Assembly (NCBI GenBank): GCA_965215945.1
Contig: CBDCFC010000046.1
Span: forward strand, 175,142-239,141
DNA: 64,000 bases
From: Arenicellales bacterium
Lineage (GTDB): Bacteria > Pseudomonadota > Gammaproteobacteria > Arenicellales > JAHEKD01
Direction of reading: 5' to 3'
Positions 56,409 through 64,000 of the stretch are shown here, in pieces. The notes under the pieces were generated by a model that ran no database searches, was not told where the DNA came from, and worked only from the letters and a program-made list of their open reading frames with translations. Made by a program: the position numbers and the translations under genes. Numbering within the stretch: the first letter of the stretch is position 1; each line of letters opens with the position of its first letter.

Positions 56409-57553
56409 ATGAACAGTACACGGATAGCGGCTATCAAGATGCCCAAATGGGGCTTATCCATGTCCGAAGGTAAAGTAGGCAACTGGTTGGTCGACGTCGG
56501 CGCCACGGTCAACGTGGGCGATGAAATTCTCGATGTAGAGACGGACAAGATTGCCAGTGCCGTAGAAGCCACACAAACGGGTGTGCTGCGGCGACAGGTC
56601 GGAAAATTCGATGAGACCATTCCGGTCGGCGGGCTGCTGGGCGTGCTTGCCGATCCGGCGGTGTCTGAAAGCGACATTGATGCATTCATTGAAGAATTCC
56701 AGGCCAACTTCGTTCCCGAAGAAGACGAAGATGATGACGCGGCAGCCAGTGCTTACGCAACAATAACAATCGATGGAATCCGGCTTCGCTACCTGCAGCA
56801 GGGAGAAGGTGAAGAAAACATCGTACTTATACATGGTTTTGGCGGCGATATCGACAATTGGCTATTCAACCTGAATGAACTCTCGGCAAAAGCGAATGTT
56901 CATGCCCTAGATTTACCGGGGCACGGACACTCTGCCAAGGATATCAGCGAAGGTGGTGTAGAAACGTTGGCACGCCTGGTCGTCGGTTTTATGACTGAGG
57001 TCAATTGTGCACCGGCCCATCTGGTCGGCCATTCTCTGGGTGGAGCGATCGCTCAGCAAATTGCCATAGATCATGGTGAGCAAGTGAAATCGCTAAACCT
57101 GATTGCCAGTGCCGGAGTGGGTAATGAGATTAATCAGGCGTATATTGACGGTTTTATTCAAGCGAACTCCCGCCGCCAACTAAAACCTTTTTTACAACAA
57201 CTGTTTGCGGATACTGAATTGGTCACCCGGCAGATGATTGATGATATTTTAAAATATAAAAGATTGGATGGAGTCAGTCAGGCCTTGCAGACCGTCGGGG
57301 ATGCAAATTTTATAAAGGGTCAGCAGCAGTCTATATTGTTTGATCGCATTAACAATCCGGACCTTCCGGTACAGGTTATTTGGGGCGTGAGGACAAGATA
57401 ATACCCGTTGCTCATGCCGAAGCGGTTGGACAAAACTTACCGGTTGTGATTGTTGATAATGCCGGCCATATGGTCCATATGGAAGCATCAAGCGATGTCA
57501 ACAAGGCACTCTTAGAATTTATGCAACTGTATAAAAGCGCGGATGGGGCATGA
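56409..57553 (+). pseudogene. acoC: AcoC (lipoyl domain + alpha/beta-hydrolase E2-like component) interrupted by a -1 frameshift near the 3' end
   Basis: Lipoyl motif VETDKIASAVEA. LIHGFGGD, GHSLGG. The annotated frame stops at 57401 (..VIWGVRTR*). The next frame, from 57389, reads EDKIIPVAHAEAVGQNLPVVIVDNAGHMVHMEASSDVNKALLEFM... to TGA 57551-57553. Confidence 0.8.
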
Positions 57554-58010
57554 GACGAAAAAGTTCAATGTCAGAGTCTATGGTCTGCTGATTGATCAAA
57601 ACAGGGTGTTGCTGGTAGACGAGTTTGTCAAGAATAGCAAAATCACCAAGTTTCCGGGAGGGGGATTGGAGTGGGGAGAAGGTCCGGTCGAGTGCCTGAT
57701 ACGTGAGTTCCGGGAAGAAACCGGCATCGATGTCAGGGTGGAAAGGCACATTTATACCACCGACTTTTTTCAGCCGTCCGCATTTGTTCCCGGGGATCAA
57801 ATCATCAGCATCTATTACCGGGTTTCGCCTCTCGGTCTGCTTGCTGACAACCCCATTGAAGTAGATCAAGATCGTCTCCAACCCAACGAGGAAATTCTCG
57901 GTTTCCACTGGATCGATTTGTCGCAACTTGAGGTTGATCGCGTATCTTTGCCAATTGACAAGTACGTTGTGGAACAAATTCTTGAATCCGAGGGTGGGTT
58001 TATTGCGTAA
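57543..58010 (+). CDS. NUDIX hydrolase
   Basis: Nudix box GGGLEWGEGPVECLIREFREETG. 155 aa. Confidence 0.85.
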   Translation: MGHETKKFNVRVYGLLIDQNRVLLVDEFVKNSKITKFPGGGLEWGEGPVECLIREFREETGIDVRVERHIYTTDFFQPSAFVPGDQIISIYYRVSPLGLLADNPIEVDQDRLQPNEEILGFHWIDLSQLEVDRVSLPIDKYVVEQILESEGGFIA

Positions 58011-58415
58011 ATAAAAACCTGCACCTATACACCGAGAAGTTCGACGCAACATCATCAGTCCAACATGCAGTTTAAATATTTAGGAAGGATGATTCGAAAA
58101 ATTTAACGTAAAATTTCGAATATTAATGACGAATGATCTGAATACATCCAGTGCTAAGCAGATCTAAAGCTAATGGTGTCATGATTGAGGTAAATTTGCA
58201 TTCAGTTTTGTTTTAGAAATCTGGTTACTTTATTGATGTACTGTTCTGATTTCTAGCTGGCCGATGATTCCCAGATAAAATAAAGACCACGATTGCTGCA
58301 TTGTATTACGTTAGAAATTATCGGGTTGACCACATCCTGTTTTCTTGGAATGGGAGTAGTCAATTTAGTTCGCTGATTTCAACTACTGAAAAGATTTTCA
58401 GATCGCATAAGTATG

Positions 58416-58481
58416 TGGTACCCCGACCAGGAGTCGAACCTGGGACCTGTCGCTTAGAGCCTGTCCCGGACTTGATCCGGG
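58416..58481 (-). other. tRNA-derived 3' fragment (T-arm + acceptor 3' strand + CCA), likely att-site remnant marking an island boundary
   Basis: The minus strand reads ...CCCGGATCAAGTCCGGGACAGGCTCTAAGCGACAGGTC CCAGG TTCGACT CCTGG TCGGGGT A CCA. The T-stem/loop and CCA end are canonical. No matching 5' acceptor strand (ACCCCGA) or D-arm lies upstream, so it is not an intact tRNA. Confidence 0.6.
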
Positions 58482-58698
58482 AAGTCCAATAAAGGGTCTT
58501 TTTGAATCAATAACTTAGAACAACTATTCTTTTAATATCAATAATTTATCATCATCTTGTTACACTTTAAATCACACTGATCCACGATCCCACTGGAGCA
58601 GAATTGGAGCAGGTTTTAGGGTGTCAAGCAGAAGAATTGCTACTAGGTTAGGCAGGTAGCATATAATATACCGATATAGTGATCTATTGTGATAAATA

Positions 58699-58989
58699 AT
58701 GAACCGCAGCCGTGCAATTGAACTTCTCAAACGCTCAAAACCTGAGCTGATGGACCGCTTTGGTGTGACCAAGCTTGCCTTGTTTGGTTCGACTGTGCGT
58801 GATGAGGCGAAGGAACAAAGCGATCTTGATGTCCTGGTCGCGTTTGATGGCCCGGCAACTTCCAAACGTTATTTTGGTGTCCAATTCTATTTGGAAGATT
58901 TATTTAATTGTTCGGTTGATCTGGTAACAGAAAAAGCACTGCGCCCAGAACTGCGTCCATATATCGAAAGCGAAGCTGTCCATGTCTGA
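58699..58989 (+). CDS. mntA: MNT-type nucleotidyltransferase (MntA antitoxin)
   Basis: LFGSTVRDEAKEQSDLDVLV (GS...DxD) minimal nucleotidyltransferase motif. 96 aa. Overlaps the HEPN gene by 8 nt. Confidence 0.85.
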   Translation: MNRSRAIELLKRSKPELMDRFGVTKLALFGSTVRDEAKEQSDLDVLVAFDGPATSKRYFGVQFYLEDLFNCSVDLVTEKALRPELRPYIESEAVHV

Positions 58990-59317
58990 GCGGCAATGGC
59001 AGTTTTACATTAGTGATATGCTTGCTTTTGCAGAAAAGGTTATTGCCTACACTGATGGATTCAGCCAACAAGAATTTGTGGAAAGTGAGTTAAATTACGA
59101 TGCCACGCTTCGCAACTTGGAGCTCATCGGGGAAGCTGCTCGTCATATCCCTGATTCTGTCCGCAACGAAAATGATGAGATTCCTTGGCGTATGATTATC
59201 GCTACACGCAACCGTTTAATCCACGGCTATCTGGGTATTGATGACGATACGCTGTGGAGCATTATTCAGGACGATATTCCCATGCTTCTTGAGGAATTGA
59301 AAAAATTAGAATCTTGA
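58982..59317 (+). CDS. hepT: HEPN/DUF86 toxin (HepT)
   Basis: RNRLIHGY (R-x4-H HEPN motif). 111 aa. Canonical pairing with the upstream MNT gene. Confidence 0.85.
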   Translation: MSERQWQFYISDMLAFAEKVIAYTDGFSQQEFVESELNYDATLRNLELIGEAARHIPDSVRNENDEIPWRMIIATRNRLIHGYLGIDDDTLWSIIQDDIPMLLEELKKLES

Positions 59318-59344
59318 TGAAAGCAGACTTGGACTGCATTACAG

Positions 59345-60751
59345 TTGACCCATATGACTTTAAAGCAATCTGAACCCGACAGTCTCACTGGACAGAGAGA
59401 ACCACCTCCAGATGTTCTATCCTCAGATACTCATGTTGTGCGTCATACCCAACAAGATGCACTGACGGATTTGCGTTTAGTATTGCGTTTGGTAGAACAG
59501 AAAAAAATCCAAGTAAGTGAGAAAACAGGTCGTCCCAGCAAAGCCTGTACGCTCATGTTAGAGGAAGCTCTCACCAACAATGATTTTTATAAAATTCGAC
59601 TAAAGAAAAACAAGTGGGATCAGGAGATAGGGGCGATTAAATCTTTCGCCTGGCCGCTTTTAGTTCAAGCTTCTGGACTTGCTATACGACAAGGGCGCTA
59701 TCTAATCCTGAGCAAAACAGGAATAAAGTTATTCGTATTACCGCCTGCCGAAAACATCCGCCTGATCTGGGAAAAATGGCTGACATCAAAGTTTATTGAC
59801 GAATTCAATAGAATTGACGAGATAAAGGGACAATATTCCAAAGGTGGAAATCTAACTCCCGTAGTACATCGTCGAAAGGTAGTTAATCGAGCCCTAGCTG
59901 ATTGTGAGGTAAACGGCTGGATATCTGTCGATGAATTTTTCAGTTTCATGAAATCTGATCGGTATGACTTTGATATCACTTATGATCCATGGGGACTTTA
60001 TATTGAAGATCAGGAATATGGTTCATTAGGATATGATGGTTTTCATGAATGGACATTCCTCCAGGGGCGCTATGTCCTATGCCTATTATTCGAATATGCC
60101 GCAACCTTGGGAATGATTGATTTGGTCTATTCTAGTCCAGTAGGTGCTCGAGATGATTTTCGCTATAACTGGGGGACAGATGAGTTGGATTATTTAAGTC
60201 GCTATGATGGTTTGCAATATTTCAGAGTGACGCCGTTAGGAGAATATTGCCTTGGTAATTCCGATAGTTTTTCTCCCAATGAGACTGAAACTGAACATCG
60301 ATGTTCAATTGCAGTGATGCCAAGTCTGAGAATTAATTTTAAGAACGGGAAGCCTTCTTTAGATGTCTTGCAACTGTTAGACATTTGGGCAATACAGGAG
60401 TCAGAAGATTGCTGGAAGCTCGATAGGATGAAATCTATCAACGCAATCGAGCGTGGTTTCGATATTAACTTGCTTGAAACATTTCTTGCTAAGCACGACG
60501 ACCAACCGTTGCCAGAAAAAGTAGAATCTTTTATAGATAAATGCAGAAAGCAAGGTGCTGCCCTTAAACTTGATGGAAGCGTGCTTCTAATTGATTGTTT
60601 TTCAAAAGGCCTTGCTTGTGAATTAGCCGAGCACAAGGAAACAAGGAGGTTGTGCCAACGTGCCGGCGAAACACAGTTGATTATTAAGTCAACAGATGAA
60701 AAAAAATTTCGCCGAGCTATTAATATTATCGGTTATGGAATGCCTCTGTAA
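59345..60751 (+). CDS. Hypothetical protein resembling the N-terminal DNA-binding region of bacterial XPB/helicase-associated proteins
   Basis: 468 aa. FAWPLLVQASGLAIRQGRYLILSKTGIKL...IWEKWL and C-terminal WKLDRMKSINAIERGFDINLLETFLAKHDDQPLPEKVESFIDKCRKQG...LACELAEHKE...LIIKSTDEKKFRRAINIIGYGMP recall that domain type, from memory and not searched. ATG at 59354 is an alternative start. Confidence 0.45.
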   Translation: MTHMTLKQSEPDSLTGQREPPPDVLSSDTHVVRHTQQDALTDLRLVLRLVEQKKIQVSEKTGRPSKACTLMLEEALTNNDFYKIRLKKNKWDQEIGAIKSFAWPLLVQASGLAIRQGRYLILSKTGIKLFVLPPAENIRLIWEKWLTSKFIDEFNRIDEIKGQYSKGGNLTPVVHRRKVVNRALADCEVNGWISVDEFFSFMKSDRYDFDITYDPWGLYIEDQEYGSLGYDGFHEWTFLQGRYVLCLLFEYAATLGMIDLVYSSPVGARDDFRYNWGTDELDYLSRYDGLQYFRVTPLGEYCLGNSDSFSPNETETEHRCSIAVMPSLRINFKNGKPSLDVLQLLDIWAIQESEDCWKLDRMKSINAIERGFDINLLETFLAKHDDQPLPEKVESFIDKCRKQGAALKLDGSVLLIDCFSKGLACELAEHKETRRLCQRAGETQLIIKSTDEKKFRRAINIIGYGMPL

Positions 60752-60825
60752 TGTTGTTATTGAACATATTTTCATGAATAATCGTCAAGATTTAGTCTCG
60801 CCAGACACCGTAGTTACAAAATTCT

Positions 60826-62985
60826 ATGTCCAGACTATCCAGACAACAACGTGTCAATTTATTTTGCTCTCTTTTTCGTGCTCGGGAGGATGTTTTTGCC
60901 AGACGTTGGGAGAATGACGAAACGGGGGGAGCTGGTTATGCTCCAGTTTTCACAGATTGGCAGAAAAAATCATACAAACCGCTATCGCAAAGTGATTTTG
61001 AGAATCATTTGATTGGTAATACGGTCCTAGGAGTTTATCCGTTATTAAAAGATCATAAATCACATTTCATCGCTGCCGACTTTGATAAGAAACAATGGCA
61101 AGAGGATGTAAAGAGCTTCGTTGTTATATGTGGTAAATACCAGTTACCTATTTCTATAGAAATCTCACGTTCTGGCAACGGCGCGCATGCGTGGAGTTTT
61201 TTCGAGAACTCATTTCCAGCATCTAAATCTCGTAAGATATTTCTTGCACTGTTACGCGAAGCAGGATGTATTGATGACTATAGTCATGACGAAAGCTTTG
61301 ACAGATTATTTCCGAATCAAGACCTCCACTCTGGCAAAGGGCTTGGTAATCTTATTGCACTGCCATTACAAGGGCTGTCTCGCAAGGAAGGCAAAACAGT
61401 TTTTGTTAATCCAGTAACTCTAAATCCGTACTCGGATCAGTGGAGTTACCTTACAAGCGTTGAGCAGGTCTCCAGTAAAACGTTTGACAATTTGTATCTA
61501 CAATTTACTGAAGATTCTGGTGTACTCCAAAACAACTCATCATCGTTGGAACATGAGGCTTCGAAAAAACTGCAAATTGAAGTCTCAAATATGCTGAAAC
61601 TGCCAAAACATCAAGTTTCACCCATTCTCGTGTCTCATTTGCGTGATAGTCTGAATTTTTTCAATAGTGAATATTTTGCAAAATCTAAGATTGGTTTTTC
61701 GACACATACAATCGAGAAATTTTTCAAAAGTGTTTATGCTGATGATTACTTTGTATATGTCCCAAGGGGGCATATCAATACCTTGATAAATTTTCTCATT
61801 GAACATGACATTGCGTTTGGGATTTCAGATAAGACAATCACTCATGAAGAAATAGGCCTTAATCAAGATATTTCACTCTATCCCTTTCAGGAAAAAGCAG
61901 TGCGCGCTTTTAATAATCACAACCAAGGTATTCTTGTTGCACCGCCTGGTGCAGGCAAAACAGTGATGGGATTAATGATAGCTTTATCTAAGAAGCAGCC
62001 AGCGTTAATCATTACTCACCGGCAGAACATTTTTGATCAATGGGTGGAGAGTATAGAGAATTTTTTTGCAATCCCCAAAAATAATATCGGTCGTTATGGC
62101 AGTTCAACGAAGAAAGTAAGAACACCGTTTACAGTTGCCATGATCCAAACACTTGCACGTTCAGATGATCTGACAAAGATTTTAGATCAATTTGGCTGTG
62201 TGCTTATTGACGAGTGTCATCATGTTCCGGCGAAAACATATCGTAGTGTCGTTTCACAAATATCATCGAAATATCTCTATGGTCTGACAGCTACGCCAAA
62301 ACGCAAATACAATGATGAAAAATTAATTCATGCGTATCTGGGAGAAACAGTCCATACGTTTTCCAGTGATTACAAAGAAACCAATGTTTCTGATATGCAG
62401 GAACCTGCCCAGACTACGATCACGATTCTCAGAAGTTTTTTCTCAGTGCCTTATGATGTAAAAGTTTCCGACTTCACCCACATTCAGAAATTACTATCGC
62501 TCGATGTTCAAAGAAATTATCTTATTGCTAAGACTATTCAATCAGAGGTGGCCAAGAAGCGTCAGATTTTGGTTCTGTGTCAGTGTAAAGAACATGTAAA
62601 GGCTCTATGGCATTTCCTTAAGGGCTCTGTTGAAGTTTTTGCTATGACTGGCAGTCTGTCTGCTAAACAGAAAAAATATCGAACAACTCGTATCAAAAAT
62701 GGCACTTTTCAAGTGGTGCTTGCGACTGCTCAGTTATTCGGAGAAGGTGTGGACATTGCACACTTCCATTCATTGTTTCTTGTCTCGCCACATTCTTTTG
62801 AAAGTAAAATTATTCAATACATTGGCCGTTTACGCGGGAATGGAAATGATAAACGAGTTTTTGACGTTCGTGACCCACAAATTACATTGCTTGAAAAATC
62901 ATTCAAGAAACGTATGACGCTGTACAACAAACTACTTAAATCTTGTGATGTTATATCAGTGTCTGAAAACGACTTATTACTTTGA
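60826..62985 (+). CDS. Archaeo-eukaryotic-primase-like N-terminal domain fused to an SF2 (XPB/type III Res-like) DExH helicase
   Basis: N-terminus: FRAREDVFARRWE, VLGVYPLL, FIAADFD (DxD), SRSGNGAHAW (sGxGxH), FDRLFPNQD. C-terminus: VAPPGAGKT (motif I), LIDECHH (II), GLTATP (III), FGEGVDI (V), QYIGRLRG (VI). 719 aa. Confidence 0.7.
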   Translation: MSRLSRQQRVNLFCSLFRAREDVFARRWENDETGGAGYAPVFTDWQKKSYKPLSQSDFENHLIGNTVLGVYPLLKDHKSHFIAADFDKKQWQEDVKSFVVICGKYQLPISIEISRSGNGAHAWSFFENSFPASKSRKIFLALLREAGCIDDYSHDESFDRLFPNQDLHSGKGLGNLIALPLQGLSRKEGKTVFVNPVTLNPYSDQWSYLTSVEQVSSKTFDNLYLQFTEDSGVLQNNSSSLEHEASKKLQIEVSNMLKLPKHQVSPILVSHLRDSLNFFNSEYFAKSKIGFSTHTIEKFFKSVYADDYFVYVPRGHINTLINFLIEHDIAFGISDKTITHEEIGLNQDISLYPFQEKAVRAFNNHNQGILVAPPGAGKTVMGLMIALSKKQPALIITHRQNIFDQWVESIENFFAIPKNNIGRYGSSTKKVRTPFTVAMIQTLARSDDLTKILDQFGCVLIDECHHVPAKTYRSVVSQISSKYLYGLTATPKRKYNDEKLIHAYLGETVHTFSSDYKETNVSDMQEPAQTTITILRSFFSVPYDVKVSDFTHIQKLLSLDVQRNYLIAKTIQSEVAKKRQILVLCQCKEHVKALWHFLKGSVEVFAMTGSLSAKQKKYRTTRIKNGTFQVVLATAQLFGEGVDIAHFHSLFLVSPHSFESKIIQYIGRLRGNGNDKRVFDVRDPQITLLEKSFKKRMTLYNKLLKSCDVISVSENDLLL

Positions 62986-63030
62986 ATCTCTGATTGAAAT
63001 TGAGTGACAAATTCTGGGCAAAAACACAGA

Positions 63031-63260
63031 TGGTATAAGGAGTGCAAAAGTGGATAAAAGAGGATTATTGATACAATAAGTTGTATTGGGCGTGTAAAAA
63101 ATAACTATTTGCCTCCTTTTTGGTGTATCATAACTCATTGAAAATTAAGTAAAAATTTCGTAATTTTGCTCACCATCTTGAGGGGGTAGTGTGCAAAAAG
63201 TGGTATAAACTGATTTTAAGTTACTGTGAATGTTGAAAAGTGATGAAAAGAGGATTTATT
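63031..63260. repeat. Cluster of short direct repeats next to the integrase 3' end (candidate arm-type or regulatory sites)
   Basis: GTGCAAAAGTGGATAAAAGAGGATTATT (63042-63069) against GAAAAGTGATGAAAAGAGGATTTATT (63235-63260). GTGCAAAAAGTGGTATAAAC at 63191-63210. TGGTATAA also at 63031. Confidence 0.4.
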
Positions 63261-63262
63261 TT

Positions 63263-64000
63263 TCAGCCAACTTTATCAACTAAATCCTCAGCTCGAAGAT
63301 GTGTGTAACGTCTAAGCATTGCTAAATCTTTGTGCCCGGTAATTGCGCTGACTTCCATAATTGAAAGTCCTTTTTCAAAGAATCGACTAGTGGCTTCATG
63401 TCGCAGATCGTGGAAACGGAAATCCTCCATGTCAGCTTCTTTTCTGACGCGTTCGAAGGCTCGTGTAATTGAGTCTGGTCTCATGATAAAGACTTTGCCT
63501 GAGATATTCCTTGGCATGTCTTTGAGCAGTTTGTATGCTTTTTCAGTTAAGGGGATGATCCGGTCTTCTGTATTTTTTGTGTCATAGAGAAGGGCAGTTC
63601 GTTTTGATAGATTTATGTCTTTCCATCTAAGTTTGGCAATTTCTCCACGGCGCATGGCTGTTTCAATTGCCAGAATAATGATGTTGTAAATCTCGCCTCC
63701 GTAAGCTTGGGCGGCATCAAGTATCCGTTCTTCTTCATCGCCGACTAGTCTCCGGTCTCTACCTTTAGGTTGAGTTGGAATGGATACTGAATCAACTGGA
63801 TTGCCTCTAGGTAGATATATCTCCCATTCCTTTTGTGCTTGTACAAGAACCCTCCTGATGAGGAGCAAATCTTTGCGCACAGTATGCCCTTTAACTTTCT
63901 TACGGCGCAAATCTCTGAAATTAGCAAGGATCGAAGGGGTTAGGGCAGTAAGGCTAAGATGGCCTAATTCACGTTTGATAGTTTTACACTGTGATATGAC
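63263..64000 (-). CDS. int: Tyrosine recombinase / phage-type integrase, N-terminus beyond the window
   Basis: Catalytic region RRGEIAKLRW, HDLRHEATSRF and GHKDLAMLRRYTH (R..HxxR..Y). The frame stays open from 63910 to the window end (...TPSILANFRDLRRKK...). Confidence 0.85.
   Translation of the reverse strand, partial: VISQCKTIKRELGHLSLTALTPSILANFRDLRRKKVKGHTVRKDLLLIRRVLVQAQKEWEIYLPRGNPVDSVSIPTQPKGRDRRLVGDEEERILDAAQAYGGEIYNIIILAIETAMRRGEIAKLRWKDINLSKRTALLYDTKNTEDRIIPLTEKAYKLLKDMPRNISGKVFIMRPDSITRAFERVRKEADMEDFRFHDLRHEATSRFFEKGLSIMEVSAITGHKDLAMLRRYTHLRAEDLVDKVG

Noticed and set aside
54404-56834. Many 60-130-codon ORFs antisense to or overlapping acoA/acoB/acoC
   Set aside because: They are artefacts of high local GC, which leaves few stop codons. 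All are nested within strongly recognisable aco genes and give Arg/Pro/Gly-rich nonsense products.
58416-58500. Possible intact tRNA gene on the minus strand
   Set aside because: The T-arm, acceptor 3' strand and CCA are canonical. However, no complementary 5' acceptor strand (ACCCCGA), D-arm or properly paired anticodon stem can be found in the 85 nt upstream. I treat it as a tRNA 3' fragment / att remnant instead.
63031-63260. CRISPR array
   Set aside because: The repeats are few, of unequal length and irregularly spaced, and no cas genes are nearby. No CRISPR-like array is visible anywhere in the window.

Overview
This is a 64-kb chromosomal segment from a low-GC, probably marine gammaproteobacterial-type genome. 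I count about 65 genes. There is no rRNA, no intact tRNA and no CRISPR array. All calls rest on reading the ORF translations and the DNA by eye, with no searches run. Start codons are approximate.

Layout:
- (i) 0.4-11.8 kb: TRAP transporter dctPQM, a family III CoA-transferase, a metallophosphoesterase, an unusual 816-aa membrane-embedded serine hydrolase, and an OYE-type flavoenzyme.
- (ii) 11.9-37.3 kb: a large denitrification supercluster with a Dnr-type regulator and perfect FNR/Dnr boxes. It holds nirS and a full heme d1 set (a nirJ::nirE fusion, then nirN, C, F, D, L, G, H). It also holds a c551, a truncated globin, a hemerythrin, nnrS, hemN, ctaA and two SCO chaperones.
- In place of norCB, segment (ii) carries two divergent B-family-like heme-copper oxidase-superfamily enzymes. 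One is an sNOR-like norY/norS/senC/orf1 operon with at least three frame disruptions. The other is an intact orphan catalytic subunit whose CuB His-His pair reads His-Asp.
- (iii) 37.4-45.7 kb: an amidohydrolase/peptide-type cluster with an orphan substrate-binding protein and a GC-rich remnant of a second one.
- (iv) 46.0-53.0 kb: an FHA-cyclase, a 1470-aa Ser/Thr kinase-STAND NTPase-TM-WD40 giant, a MITE-like insertion and a PP2C phosphatase.
- (v) 53.1-58.0 kb: a GC-rich acoXABC acetoin operon with acoC frameshifted, then a NUDIX gene.
- (vi) From 58.4 kb: a tRNA 3' fragment marks the edge of an integrase-bearing island.

The island carries a HepT/MntA pair and a two-gene module. That module is an archaeo-eukaryotic-primase-like domain fused to an XPB-like SF2 helicase, with a separately encoded XPB-N-terminal-like partner. 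I consider it the best candidate for an undescribed conflict system. The His-Asp heme-copper enzyme and the kinase-STAND-TM-WD40 locus are the runners-up.
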